Below are positions 9,124 through 19,465 of a DNA stretch of 44,157 bases, piece by piece; position 1 is the first letter of the stretch, and each line of letters begins with the position of its first letter. The notes below the pieces were generated by a model. It saw only the letters and a list, made by a program, of their open reading frames with translations. It was not told the DNA's origin and searched no databases. The translations under genes and the position numbers were made by a program. The DNA comes from Planctomycetota bacterium (GTDB lineage Bacteria; Planctomycetota; GCA-002687715; DRQF01). The stretch spans positions 1 to 44,157 of the forward strand of contig JALTLO010000182.1 of assembly GCA_027001995.1 (NCBI GenBank), given 5' to 3'.

Positions 9124-10605
9124 ATGACTGACGATTTTGATGTACTTGGACTTCTTCAGTCCCTCCCGCTGTTTGAAAAAGTGAAGCCGGGTGCGCTGAA
9201 GAAGATGTATGTGGACCCGGAGAAGGCTAAACCTGGGCAACAAACAGGGCTCCAGGATAAGCACGTTCAGTTCATTGTCGCCAATCCTGGGGAAGTGATC
9301 GTGCGCCAAGGAGAGCTAGACACAGAGTTCTATATTGTCATTGAAGGCATCGCTAGTGCTTACCGCTCCGAAGATGGAGGGAAGTCAACTCTCTTGGGGA
9401 GTTACGGTCAAAACGACTTCTTTGGCGAGATGTCAGCGATTTCTCATCAAGCTCGATCGGCGACGGTGAAAGCTGACGCCACTTGCACATTGATGCGGAT
9501 GGATGTCACTTTGTTTCAGCAGCTCTTCGGCGACAAAACGTCGAGTTTCGCCAAGATCATTGATGAGCGCTATCGTGAGAGAGCTTTGGCTTTTCACTTG
9601 ATGACTGCCCCGATCTTCAAAGAGACGTCTCAGGAAAAACTGAAACTTGTGGCAGATAGGGCAGAGCTGGTGTCCTACGAGAAAGACGCCGTCATCACCG
9701 TTGCAACGGATCCTGCTGATGCCGTGTTCTTGGTTCGAAGCGGCATCATCAAGCGCAGCACAACGGGCTCGATGGGGGAAGAGAGAGTCCATGACTATCT
9801 CTGCGACAACTCGTCTTTTGGTGAGCAAGCTCTTGCTGGCGGGGAACCGACTTGGGGTTACGATGGCGTCGCTATGAGCCGTGTTGACTTGGTGCGGATG
9901 CCCTGCAAGCTGTTTCAGGAAGTTTTCACCAGCGAAGAAGACAAACACAAGCTGACTCGCCAGGTTAGCCTGCTCTTGCAAGAAGAGCAGGGCATCAAGA
10001 CCTCACTCTCTGACGACGATCGCAATGAACTCTTGGTTGGCCAAGAGACTATCAAGGGCACTGAAGCCTTGGTTATCGACCTGAAGAAGTGCACACGATG
10101 CAATGCCTGCGTCGAGAGCTGTGTGTCTGTTCACGAAGATGGCATCCCCCGTCTGTCAAAGCGTGGTATTCGTATGGGAGACTTAACTCTCTCGTCCGCT
10201 TGCTACAACTGTAAGATTCCAGAATGCATGTTGTCGTGTAATTTTGGCGCAATCAGAAGAGACAAAGACGGGCAGATTCATATCGTTGTGGACAATTGCA
10301 CTGGTTGCAGTAAGTGCGAATCTGGTTGTCCCTATGGCGTTATTCGCATGGCTCATGTCTTGACACCTGCGGAACAATCAGCTCAACAGCCTTCAATTTG
10401 GGAGAGCATTCCTTTGCTTAACAAGTTGATCAAACCCAAGCCGGTGGAGGTCATGGCAGATAGTCCCAAAGGGAAGCCTATGGCTAAGGCGATTAAGTGT
10501 GATCTTTGTGCTGGATTGCCGTTTGAGGCCTGTGTCTATAATTGCCCATGTGATGCGATTGCCAGGCGGTCCCCTGAGGCCATCAGTGGCATTGGCAACA
10601 GATAA
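9124..10605 (+). CDS. Tandem cyclic-nucleotide-binding domains fused to a 4x[4Fe-4S] ferredoxin (NrfC/DmsB-like)
   Basis: cNMP1 PGEVIVRQGE...FFGEMSAISHQARSATVKA; cNMP2 SFGEQAL. Cys groups CTRCNACVESC, CYNCKIPECMLSC, CTGCSKCESGCP and CDLCAGLPFEACVYNCP. No signal peptide. Confidence 0.9.
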   Translation: MTDDFDVLGLLQSLPLFEKVKPGALKKMYVDPEKAKPGQQTGLQDKHVQFIVANPGEVIVRQGELDTEFYIVIEGIASAYRSEDGGKSTLLGSYGQNDFFGEMSAISHQARSATVKADATCTLMRMDVTLFQQLFGDKTSSFAKIIDERYRERALAFHLMTAPIFKETSQEKLKLVADRAELVSYEKDAVITVATDPADAVFLVRSGIIKRSTTGSMGEERVHDYLCDNSSFGEQALAGGEPTWGYDGVAMSRVDLVRMPCKLFQEVFTSEEDKHKLTRQVSLLLQEEQGIKTSLSDDDRNELLVGQETIKGTEALVIDLKKCTRCNACVESCVSVHEDGIPRLSKRGIRMGDLTLSSACYNCKIPECMLSCNFGAIRRDKDGQIHIVVDNCTGCSKCESGCPYGVIRMAHVLTPAEQSAQQPSIWESIPLLNKLIKPKPVEVMADSPKGKPMAKAIKCDLCAGLPFEACVYNCPCDAIARRSPEAISGIGNR

Positions 10606-10627
10606 GTTCGATTGAAGAGGTAGTCCT

Positions 10628-12574
10628 GTGGCCAAGTTCACTTTCAAAGTTGGTAAAGATGTAGAGGTGAGAGAGGGAGATCGGGTTTCTATCGGAACAC
10701 GTTCGACGGCATCGTTTACCTTGGCCGACCCTTTGGCAGCGGATTTTCACTGCGACATTCTCGTTCGGGGTAGCGAGTTCGTCATCATGGACCGAGGTGG
10801 CTCCTTGGGCACCTTTGTTAACGGTGTGAGAGTCGTTGAAGCTCACCCCTTGAAGGACGGTGATCAGATCGTTTGCGCGGTTACCCGCTTGAAAGTCACA
10901 ATCAAGGGCGAAGAACTCCAAATAGAACAAGAGCGAGGTCGTTTCTACTACGACGACAAGAAAGATGGTCTCGACCTCTCTCGCCGGGAAGTGGCATTTG
11001 GACGCTTTCGGCCCGTAAGTGTGGGTAACTGGGTTGTCGTATTTGTCATGTTGATGTTGTTTCCCTTGTGCTACCTAGGAGCCACCAGCGATTTCCTTCT
11101 CGAACCGGGCGAAACCTGGCATGGCAACCAGAAGGCCTACCATGCAGCCATGGAAAATCTTGACGCTGACAATCAGGATTGCAACGCATGCCATGATGCA
11201 CTTTCAGGGACGCCGGCCACAAAGTGCATGAATTGTCATCAGGATGACATTGGCCCCAAGGACATGCACCCATTCCATGAATCCGCAGAAGATTGGGGTG
11301 AGACTTGCATCAAGTGTCACGTGGATCATCGTGGCACCCATGAGTTTGCTCTCATTGCGAAGCCAGCAAAGGAGACATGCGGAGACTGTCACGAGGTGGA
11401 CAAGAAGATGACCAAAAAACGGCCATCAACTATTCCCACCGTCGATGTGGCCTTGCTCTTTAATACATTCTCTCACGCCGATCATATGAACAAGGATGTC
11501 GCTGGCAGCAAGATTGCTTGTGATAGTTGCCACAAACAGTATGACTCCACCACGAAAGACGATGTCACCGAGGGCAATCGCCCTCGTGAATACCAGCCAG
11601 TGGCCTATGAAGCCTGCATGGGCTGCCATTCGGGAGCACAGACTGACATCAAGGATCTGTCTGGGACTTGGCACGGAACTGATGATGGTGGCAAGAAGTG
11701 CCTACAGTGCCATAGTGAACTAAATCAACAGGCTCTGACTCAGGTCGACTTTCAACAAGTCACTTTGGGTTATTCTTTGGTTGGGCGTTCCCACATCGAA
11801 GAAATGACATCCAAGGCCGCCGACGGTGGCCAAGAGTGTGCTGATTGCCATCGCCGAGAAGATCTCTTGAAGGGCGGAGCCGATTTCGCCCAAAGAGGAT
11901 TCGTACACAAGACCCACATTCTGGACCAGGACCCCAAGGACAGTGCCACGAAACTCCTTCTCTCGGGTAGCCTCACCGCACCAGCGAAAGGGCAATGTTC
12001 TTTCTGTCACGCAGACATGATGGAGACCAATTCCCTCAAAGGTGAGAGTCCTCATCATTACGCCAATCAGAGCTGTGCTACTTGTCATACCAGCGGTGGT
12101 GTCCGTCAAGATAATATGAGCCCCCCTGTTGCCAGCAAGCGCAACGATTTTCCGCACAAACTGCACATGAAGGTTGATGGGGGATGCTATGCCTGCCATG
12201 AATTCACTGGTTCTGATCCGAAGATGGACGTGGTAACACCGGCCCAAGTGAAGAGTTGTGTCGCTTGTCACAGTAGCCACCAGAATGTCGGCGGTCGTGA
12301 AGGCCATTGCGCGGATTGCCACAAAGGGGCAGAAGAAGGTCGTAAGAAAGATCCCGTCTATTCTCAGGAAGCAATCCTGTGGAATCGCCGGCCAGACGCG
12401 TCCTATAGCCACAATAGTCCGGGACATGTGGGGCTTACGAAAGCGGGCAAGTGTACGGACTGTCATGGTGAAGATATCTGGGAGACAAAGACTGTGGACG
12501 CCATCAAGATCCCAGTTGAAGACGACCCCAGGTGCCGTGATTGCCATTTGCGTGAACGTTTCCACTGGCGATAG
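10628..12574 (+). CDS. FHA-like domain + TM helix + multiheme cytochrome c (15 CxxCH)
   Basis: GTG start after GAGGT. N-terminal FHA fold (IGTR...FHCDI...GSLGTFVNG...LKDGDQI), TM WVVVFVMLMLFPLCYL, then 15 CxxCH motifs. Confidence 0.88.
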   Translation: MAKFTFKVGKDVEVREGDRVSIGTRSTASFTLADPLAADFHCDILVRGSEFVIMDRGGSLGTFVNGVRVVEAHPLKDGDQIVCAVTRLKVTIKGEELQIEQERGRFYYDDKKDGLDLSRREVAFGRFRPVSVGNWVVVFVMLMLFPLCYLGATSDFLLEPGETWHGNQKAYHAAMENLDADNQDCNACHDALSGTPATKCMNCHQDDIGPKDMHPFHESAEDWGETCIKCHVDHRGTHEFALIAKPAKETCGDCHEVDKKMTKKRPSTIPTVDVALLFNTFSHADHMNKDVAGSKIACDSCHKQYDSTTKDDVTEGNRPREYQPVAYEACMGCHSGAQTDIKDLSGTWHGTDDGGKKCLQCHSELNQQALTQVDFQQVTLGYSLVGRSHIEEMTSKAADGGQECADCHRREDLLKGGADFAQRGFVHKTHILDQDPKDSATKLLLSGSLTAPAKGQCSFCHADMMETNSLKGESPHHYANQSCATCHTSGGVRQDNMSPPVASKRNDFPHKLHMKVDGGCYACHEFTGSDPKMDVVTPAQVKSCVACHSSHQNVGGREGHCADCHKGAEEGRKKDPVYSQEAILWNRRPDASYSHNSPGHVGLTKAGKCTDCHGEDIWETKTVDAIKIPVEDDPRCRDCHLRERFHWR

Positions 12575-12613
12575 AGGGGTGGTGGGAAGTCGCTCAGATC
12601 GTATAGTCGGTCC

Positions 12614-13300
12614 ATGAAGCCCGTGACATTCATATTCTTCGCCTGTCTTTTGCAGGGGGTCATCTTTGGCTCCCTTCAAGAGGAAGGCCGGGTTGATTCC
12701 AATGCCATACAGCAGGCTCGTGACAAAGTGTTGGCCCAAGGGGACTACCAAACGGAACTCCCCAATCGCTTGAGGGAATTCAAATCATCTGAATCTTCGT
12801 CTTCTGATTCATGGCTCCGCGATTTTGTTCCATCCATAGATCTTGTCATCCGAATTATTCTCGGGATCATTGCTGGTGTTGTTTTTGTCGCCTTCGTTCG
12901 TTTCGTTCTTGATCATGTTCAGGAGCGAAAACGTGACATGGGGAAGGAAGCTCGATCAGGGGCCATGCCCATCAAGGCCGGTGATTTTCAAATTGACCTG
13001 GGAGAAATTCGGGACTTGGCGGCGCGGGGTCACCACGGAGAGGCCATTCATCTACTCTTGTTGAAGACGGTGCAAGAATTATGTCGGCTCACGAATGTGG
13101 AGATCTCTCCGGCGAAAACGAGTCGTGAGATTACTCGTGAGATTCCTTTGGAGGATTCCCCTCAGGATGACTTGGAAGCTTTGGTGCTCACTACTGAGAT
13201 TTCCCATTTTGGCGAAGTCCCAGCAACAGCCGCTGACTTTGAGAGTTGTATGCGGCGGTTTGAGAGCTTTGTGACCAATCTGGGCGGGAAGATTTCATGA
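12614..13300 (+). CDS. DUF4129-like membrane protein
   Basis: Signal plus one TM. C-terminal AARGHHGEAIHLLL...AKTSREI...EISHFGE resembles DUF4129. First gene of the MoxR operon. Confidence 0.7.
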   Translation: MKPVTFIFFACLLQGVIFGSLQEEGRVDSNAIQQARDKVLAQGDYQTELPNRLREFKSSESSSSDSWLRDFVPSIDLVIRIILGIIAGVVFVAFVRFVLDHVQERKRDMGKEARSGAMPIKAGDFQIDLGEIRDLAARGHHGEAIHLLLLKTVQELCRLTNVEISPAKTSREITREIPLEDSPQDDLEALVLTTEISHFGEVPATAADFESCMRRFESFVTNLGGKIS

Positions 13301-14514
13301 CCCCCTCTGTGTTCAAGGCCCACGGAACAACAGCAGCAATTCTGGTGCTGGGAGCCTCATTCGTCTTTGCCCTCCTCATGCTTCTCTTCTCTGAGAACGA
13401 AGTTGAGCCTAACCCCAATACCAATGGCTACAGCAAGTCTTCTATTGGCCATGAGTTGCTCATCAACATGTTGGAGGAATTGGGTTATCAAGTCCGAATC
13501 AATCGCTTGACCGATCCGGGGTCGACGATTGCTGGAGACTTGGTCGTCTACGCGGAGCCCCACGCCGATTTCCTTCCGGATGGGGATGAACTGGCGAACG
13601 TTCTTGAGACTGCCGGTGCAGTCCTGTTGGTCTTACCCAAACGCCTCGGTGTAATCGATCCAGATGACCCTCAAAAAATCCTGAGAAGCTCAACAAACGT
13701 CAACGCACAGGAAGTCTTGAGCAAGTTCTTGATGAATGCTGAGGTCTGGCCCCCTGACGGTTCAGAGCTGAAGCCCATTTCGTTGACGCAGAACAGTTTC
13801 GGGAAAGTTCCCCAAGTGGCGGCGCTTCAGTTGATGGACGCGCCGTTCTTAGATGTCTTGATGAGGACGGATCAGGGGGTCTTTCTTGGACGTGATGGAG
13901 AGGCGTCAGGAAACCTATTTGTCCTTTCTGACCCAGATATTATAGCCACCCACGGCCTGATGCATGGGGACAATGCTGAGCTTGTGGTTACCATCATTGA
14001 CCATATCCTACCGGAAGGCGGCGCTATCGTTTTTGATGAATCAGCCCATGGGTTCGCCGTAAGCAAGTCCTTCTGGCAAGAGCTGTTTCGCTTTCCTTTG
14101 AGCCTGGCAACTCTGCACGGTTTCTTGGTTTTCTTGATCTTGATGTGGATCACTCTTGGGAGAATGGGACAAAAGCGGGTCTTGCCCCCGGCCATCCCAC
14201 CAGGAAAGAAATTCCTATTGGAAAACGTATCGAACCTCTTGACCTTCTATGGTCACCGGGGATTCCTCGGCCATAAGTACCTCAATAATTCCCTGCGGCG
14301 GACGGCGAATAAGTTGAGAATCAGTGGCAGTCAAGAAGAAATAGAAGTGCGCATGGAAGCTATGGCGCAACGAAGAAATCTTGCTTGGGAAGTCGAGCGA
14401 TGGCGCTCCGAGTTGGATGCAAACAAAGGCAGCACATCGCGAGGCGCTCGATCCGTTTTGGATGTTGCGCGAGAAATTCACCGATGGAATAGGGAGATGC
14501 TCAATGGATCTTGA
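13297..14514 (+). CDS. DUF4350-like membrane-anchored protein
   Basis: N-terminal [19 protein letters not shown]...DNA and IVFDESAHG motifs, second TM. ATGA coupling to the upstream gene. Confidence 0.7.
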   Translation: MTPSVFKAHGTTAAILVLGASFVFALLMLLFSENEVEPNPNTNGYSKSSIGHELLINMLEELGYQVRINRLTDPGSTIAGDLVVYAEPHADFLPDGDELANVLETAGAVLLVLPKRLGVIDPDDPQKILRSSTNVNAQEVLSKFLMNAEVWPPDGSELKPISLTQNSFGKVPQVAALQLMDAPFLDVLMRTDQGVFLGRDGEASGNLFVLSDPDIIATHGLMHGDNAELVVTIIDHILPEGGAIVFDESAHGFAVSKSFWQELFRFPLSLATLHGFLVFLILMWITLGRMGQKRVLPPAIPPGKKFLLENVSNLLTFYGHRGFLGHKYLNNSLRRTANKLRISGSQEEIEVRMEAMAQRRNLAWEVERWRSELDANKGSTSRGARSVLDVAREIHRWNREMLNGS

Positions 14515-15460
14515 CTTGATTCGAGAAACTGTGGGGCGAATTCGCCAGGAATACAGCAAAGTTGTTCTTGGTCAAGAGCGTGTGATCGACTTGTTGTTGA
14601 ATGCCATTCTGTGTCAGGGACATGTGCTTTTAGAAGGCGTTCCTGGTACGGCTAAGACGCTTATCGCTCAGACATTCGCCTCGAGCATGTCGCTATACTT
14701 CAATCGCATTCAGTTTACCCCAGATCTCATGCCCGGTGATGTTCTGGGGACGAACCTTTTCGACTTTCAGTCCAGTTCGTTTAGTTTGACCAAGGGGCCG
14801 GTTTTTACCGAGATTCTCTTGGCCGACGAGATCAATCGCACAGCACCCAAAACGCAATCAGCTCTCTTGCAGGCTATGCAAGAAAGGGAAGTGACGATTG
14901 ACGGTAAGCACCACAAGTTGAGCGAGACCTTCATGGTCATGGCAACCCAGAATCCTATCGAACAAGAGGGCACCTATCCTCTACCCGAAGCCCAGTTGGA
15001 TCGCTTCCTGTTTAAGGTGGGGCTCGACTATCCGAGTCGTGACCAAGAGCGTCAGATGGTTGCCCTTCACGGCAAGTCATCGTCCATGCCCGACATCAAA
15101 CGACTTGGAGTAGAGCCGGTTGTGGACAGCGATTTTATCGAACGGGCGCGCTTGGCCGTGGCGGATGTTGTTCTGTCATCGGAACTGATCGACTATATTG
15201 TGGATATCGTGAGGGCAACGCGGGATCATCAGGATCTCTTTTGTGGCTCGTCTCCGCGCTCTGCGAACATGTTGGCCAGCGCCGCCCGTGGTCGGGCTGT
15301 GCTGGAGGGCAGAGACTTCGTTATACCCGATGATGTTAAGCAACTGGCAGACCCTGCTCTTTCTCATCGCGTGGTCTTGGCGCCGTCCGCCGAGATCGAG
15401 GGACTGACGGCGTCATCGATCATCGACTCCATCTTGAATGAGGTTCCAGCACCTCGATGA
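14504..15460 (+). CDS. moxR: MoxR-family AAA+ ATPase
   Basis: [14 protein letters not shown] (Walker A), [20 protein letters not shown] (Walker B), [27 protein letters not shown] lies upstream of ATG 14504. Confidence 0.95.
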   Translation: MDLDLIRETVGRIRQEYSKVVLGQERVIDLLLNAILCQGHVLLEGVPGTAKTLIAQTFASSMSLYFNRIQFTPDLMPGDVLGTNLFDFQSSSFSLTKGPVFTEILLADEINRTAPKTQSALLQAMQEREVTIDGKHHKLSETFMVMATQNPIEQEGTYPLPEAQLDRFLFKVGLDYPSRDQERQMVALHGKSSSMPDIKRLGVEPVVDSDFIERARLAVADVVLSSELIDYIVDIVRATRDHQDLFCGSSPRSANMLASAARGRAVLEGRDFVIPDDVKQLADPALSHRVVLAPSAEIEGLTASSIIDSILNEVPAPR

Positions 15461-16776
15461 TTCGCCCCACCAGACGATTTCTCAATTTCCTTCTCTTGTC
15501 CTTCGTGCTAGCTCTTTTGCCAGCACTATGGCGGGAGGAAGCATGGGTCATCTGGGCAGGCACTGTCGCTGTACTTTTTGTGCTGTTTCTTTTTGATCTC
15601 CTGTTGACGGCAGGACGGTCTTCATTTGAGTTGACCTATGAGGGGCCGTCAAGGATCTATATCGGCGAGGTGGGAGTTGGGGAGATTTGTCTTCGCAAAG
15701 GTGGCCGCCGATCTGCTCGGTCGATCTATGGGATTCTCGATTGCCAGGGGAGTTTCGAGGCGATTCCACCTTGGCAGTCACTTGAATTCTCTGATGCTGA
15801 TACGTTGACGATCCAAGTCGAATTGAAGCCGGTTCGTCGTGGTACGTCTTGGGTGGATACTTTTTGGTGGCGTTGGGAAGGGCCTTTGGGATTGGCATCA
15901 GCCTTGGCCAAGGTCGAATTTGATGAACCCATATCAGTCTTGCCCAATCTGGGGAAAGTTCAGGACGCGGCCATGCGCTTCATGTCGAACCCTGAGTTCC
16001 TGGCTGGAATTAAGGCTGAACGCTATTTGGGGGAAGGATCCGAATTCGACCGGATGCGCGAGTATACCCAGGGAATTGACCCGCGTACTATTGATTGGAA
16101 GGCGAGTGCCAGGCATCGGCGTCTGTTTGCCCGTCAATATCGTCTGGAGCGTAACCACCAAATTGTGATTTCCTTTGATACGGGGCATCTCATGTCTGAG
16201 CCTATAGATGGCATGCCGCGACTTGACCACGGGATCAACGCTGGGTTGCTCTTGGCCTGGTGTTCCTTGAAAGCCCAAGATCGTGTGGTGATTCATGCGT
16301 TTGATGACAAAGTTCGTCATTTTAGTGACTCGCACGTTGGCGTTAAGAGTATGGGACGATTGCAGCAGGCCACCAGTCACTTTGACTATGGGGCCGCGGA
16401 GCCTAATTATACTTTGGCCATGACCGACTTGGCAGTACGGTTGAAACGTCGTTCCCTGATTGTTGTCCTGACAGAATTCTCGGATTCTATTACCGCAGAG
16501 ATTATGGTCGAGAACCTTCGACGTTTGTCGCAACGTCATCTCATTCTCTTTGTTGCCCTGCGAGATCAGGAGTTGTTGGACCTCGAGTCTGCCGAACCAA
16601 GGACCGAGATGGCCATGGGGGTTGGTGTTTTGGCGACGGACCTTCTTCAGGAACGGATGCGCGTTCTGAAACAGTTGGAGAGGGCGGGGATCATGTGCCT
16701 CGATGTTGCACCCAAAGACTTGTCGTCATCGTTGGTGAATACTTACCTTGACATCAAAGCGAAGGAACGCATATGA
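15457..16776 (+). CDS. DUF58 (vWA-like) protein
   Basis: [26 protein letters not shown] and FDTGHLM motifs, N-terminal TMs, directly downstream of moxR. Confidence 0.9.
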   Translation: MIRPTRRFLNFLLLSFVLALLPALWREEAWVIWAGTVAVLFVLFLFDLLLTAGRSSFELTYEGPSRIYIGEVGVGEICLRKGGRRSARSIYGILDCQGSFEAIPPWQSLEFSDADTLTIQVELKPVRRGTSWVDTFWWRWEGPLGLASALAKVEFDEPISVLPNLGKVQDAAMRFMSNPEFLAGIKAERYLGEGSEFDRMREYTQGIDPRTIDWKASARHRRLFARQYRLERNHQIVISFDTGHLMSEPIDGMPRLDHGINAGLLLAWCSLKAQDRVVIHAFDDKVRHFSDSHVGVKSMGRLQQATSHFDYGAAEPNYTLAMTDLAVRLKRRSLIVVLTEFSDSITAEIMVENLRRLSQRHLILFVALRDQELLDLESAEPRTEMAMGVGVLATDLLQERMRVLKQLERAGIMCLDVAPKDLSSSLVNTYLDIKAKERI

Positions 16777-17774
16777 GTCGTGACTTTCAATTAAGAAGTT
16801 ACGAGTTTCGTCGAGAGCGGGCCTCGAGCTGGCGGGAGCTGGAATCTTTGGTGAGTCGCTGTGAAAAGAGTGGCCCTCGCAGTCTTTCCGCTCGGGAACT
16901 GGCAGGATTACCTATGCTCTATAGGGCGGCGCTTTCATCACTGAGTGTGGCCCGGGGGATTTCCTTGGATCGGGCCTTGCAGTCTTACTTGGAATCACTC
17001 ACGGCCCGTGCTTACTTCGTGGTCTATCGCCCCAAAGAACGAGCGATGAAGGCTTTCGTAGAGTTCTTCTGGTATACCTTCCCACAGGCCGTGAGGCACT
17101 ATAAGCGACCTCTTCAGTTGGCAATGGCGATTTTTGTCGCGGGTGCCTTAACCGGATATCTGATGACCCTTCATGATGATGCAAATTTCTACACCTTCGT
17201 GAACGCGCGTCTTGCCGGTGACCGGGGGCCATCCTCATCAGTTGAGTCCTTGAAAGAGACCCTCTATTCCGAGGAATCTAGAGACGGCAACTTGGCGACA
17301 TTTGCTGCTTACTTGTTCAACAACAACGCGACGATTGGTCTCTTGGCGTTTGCCCTGGGGGGCTTAGCTGGGATCCCCGTGTTTCTCTTGCTTTTCAACA
17401 ATGGTCTTATGTTAGGGGCGTTTGCAGCGATTCATGCGGAGAAAGGTCTCAGTGTCGATCTCTGGGGTTGGTTGCTGCCTCATGGAGTTACGGAGATCTT
17501 GGCGATCGTTCTTTGTGGGGCAGGGGGGCTTGGCATTGCTCGCGGCATTTTGTTCCCCAAGGACTTAGGGCGAGTTGACGCTTTGAAGGTCGAAGGCCGT
17601 TCGGCGGGGGCCATTGCCCTTGGATCGATTGCACTTTTTGTCTTGGCTGGGTTGCTCGAAGGTTTCTTTCGGCAAATGGTTCAAGATATCTATGTTCGCT
17701 ATGCTGTCGCCATGGCAACAGCCTTTCTTTGGGCTTGGTATTTTGGTCGCTGCGGTAAGGGGCGAGTTGCATGA
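16773..17774 (+). CDS. Stage II sporulation protein M (SpoIIM)-like membrane protein
   Basis: WRELESL, LFNNN, NNGLMLG, LLPHGVTE and AGLLEGF motifs; multiple TMs. Confidence 0.88.
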   Translation: MSRDFQLRSYEFRRERASSWRELESLVSRCEKSGPRSLSARELAGLPMLYRAALSSLSVARGISLDRALQSYLESLTARAYFVVYRPKERAMKAFVEFFWYTFPQAVRHYKRPLQLAMAIFVAGALTGYLMTLHDDANFYTFVNARLAGDRGPSSSVESLKETLYSEESRDGNLATFAAYLFNNNATIGLLAFALGGLAGIPVFLLLFNNGLMLGAFAAIHAEKGLSVDLWGWLLPHGVTEILAIVLCGAGGLGIARGILFPKDLGRVDALKVEGRSAGAIALGSIALFVLAGLLEGFFRQMVQDIYVRYAVAMATAFLWAWYFGRCGKGRVA

Positions 17775-18658
17775 GAATGGACCTCAAGCAACACGGAGCT
17801 AGCGAGCGGGGTCAGTCTCTTATGACTCCCGAGGGGGTGGCGATCCAGGTGGAAGTCGCAACCCTTGGCCGCCGGGGGATGGCCTTCGTGATCGACCTTA
17901 CTTGCATCACCGGCTTGTGCCTCTTACTTCTCATGTTCCTGATCCCTTTGATAGATATTGGGGTAGATGTGGGGGGGGCTTTTGGACTCGTCGCTTGGTT
18001 CCTTTTGCTGAACTTTTATTTTCCCTTGTTTGAGGGGCTGAAGGGAGGGCGCACACCTGGGAAGATGTTGACGAAGATACGGGTGATTGATTGCTCAGGT
18101 GCGGCTCTCACTTTGAAGGCGGTTTTTGCCAGAAATTTCATGCGCGATCTTGAGCTCTGGCTCCCCCTCAAGGTCATCTTCTTCAATAGCATTCTTATGA
18201 GTGATTTGCCCGGTTGGTCCGTTCCTTTCGCCATTCTCTGGGCCTTAGTTCTTCTTTTTTTCCCATTGTTCAGCAGTCAGCGCTTTCGCTTGGGTGATCT
18301 GGTTGCCGGTACGATGGTCGTCGATTGCCCTCGGGTTTCCTTGTTGAAAGACCTGGCAGCACCTTTGGCATCTGACAACAAGGAGGAGGAAAGTCTGACG
18401 TTCACCAAAGAGCAGATGAGTGTCTACGGAGTCTATGAACTTCAGGTCCTCGAAGAGATCTTGCGGCAGAAACCGCCGCCCAAGAAAGAAGTTCTCGACG
18501 GTGTGGTGGCCAAGATCAAAGGGAAAATCGCCTTCGATCGTAAGACTGACCTCTCCCCCCGGGCTTTCTTGGCCGAATTCTATCGAGCTCAACGTGCCCA
18601 TCTTGAAAGTGAAATGGCCCTGGGTAAGAAGAAACTCGACAAATTTGACGAGCACTAA
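17771..18658 (+). CDS. RDD-family membrane protein
   Basis: TPEGV...ATLGRRGMAFVID, GRTPGK...IRVID, RN and RLGDLVAGTMVV motifs. Confidence 0.9.
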   Translation: MRMDLKQHGASERGQSLMTPEGVAIQVEVATLGRRGMAFVIDLTCITGLCLLLLMFLIPLIDIGVDVGGAFGLVAWFLLLNFYFPLFEGLKGGRTPGKMLTKIRVIDCSGAALTLKAVFARNFMRDLELWLPLKVIFFNSILMSDLPGWSVPFAILWALVLLFFPLFSSQRFRLGDLVAGTMVVDCPRVSLLKDLAAPLASDNKEEESLTFTKEQMSVYGVYELQVLEEILRQKPPPKKEVLDGVVAKIKGKIAFDRKTDLSPRAFLAEFYRAQRAHLESEMALGKKKLDKFDEH

Positions 18659-18682
18659 GGGAAGATCTTCGCAGAGAATAGC

Positions 18683-19465
18683 TCAAGCGAAAATGTCTTC
18701 TACCTCTTTTTCTGTGAGCCCTTCCTTTGTCTCTCGCAAGTCATGATAAACCACACCCATGGCGATCGCCGGAAGAATGGTGTTAGTCAAGAACACCAAG
18801 AGGCAGGCTGTAAGAAAGCCGTAAGTCCCAAGGAAGACGAATGGGATGACCAAGATCCAGCTCAACACCCGCAGGATGAAAACTAAGATCGAGATGCCAA
18901 AGATGGGGCCACGTTTGTCCTTGGACAACAACTTGCTCCGGCTCAAAGCCGCCATGGGGCCAATTCCTTCGACCATCATGGCAGGAATCGCTACGTAGAA
19001 GAGAGCGACCCAGAGGATTGAGATCATCATTCCGAGTGGGGCTGAGTAACCGTAGGCGACGGTGGAGCACAGGGTTTCGATCACCGACAAGACCACGATG
19101 CCCCATGTTCGATTGAAAGCGCGGAGGAGCAAGTGGCCGATTCCGATGGGATGCTTTCGCAGAGTGTCGAATGTGCCAACGGAAAATGCTGCCACGGTAA
19201 ACTGGCCGTGCATGGTCACAAGAAAACTATTGGCGATGACCCAAAAGACGAGATCAGCGGGGGGATCAATCCGATATTGCTCTGTCTCGCCCATTTCAAC
19301 GGCGTCAATCATCGACTCAAGCGGTGCCCAACCAATGAGTGCGTAACTTATTGCCACGAATGGAATAAGGAGGATGAAAGCTACACTTAGCCAGATGAAG
19401 ACCTTGCGGAAAAAGACCGCGAAGATGCGACCGAAAGTGGTGCCGAAGTCAAAGTGGTACGAGAT
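18683..19465 (-). CDS. Multi-pass membrane protein of unknown function; probable ATC start
   Basis: Hydrophobic ORF with PAMMVEGIGPMAALSRSKLLSK and VYHDLR. The frame stays open upstream of GTG 19357 through ISYHFDFGTTFGRIFAVFFRK and a further TM. SD AAAGGAG lies 7 nt before ATC 19465. Confidence 0.7.
   Translation of the reverse strand: MSYHFDFGTTFGRIFAVFFRKVFIWLSVAFILLIPFVAISYALIGWAPLESMIDAVEMGETEQYRIDPPADLVFWVIANSFLVTMHGQFTVAAFSVGTFDTLRKHPIGIGHLLLRAFNRTWGIVVLSVIETLCSTVAYGYSAPLGMMISILWVALFYVAIPAMMVEGIGPMAALSRSKLLSKDKRGPIFGISILVFILRVLSWILVIPFVFLGTYGFLTACLLVFLTNTILPAIAMGVVYHDLRETKEGLTEKEVEDIFA

Noticed and set aside
11720..12751. 343-aa minus-strand ORF
   Set aside because: Antisense shadow of the 15-heme cytochrome gene with no recognisable motifs.
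14381..14503. Longest-ORF N-terminal extensions (also 4591, 23495, 25054, 36550, 38944)
   Set aside because: They overlap upstream genes or hairpins. Downstream starts with an SD or ATGA/GTGA coupling fit better.
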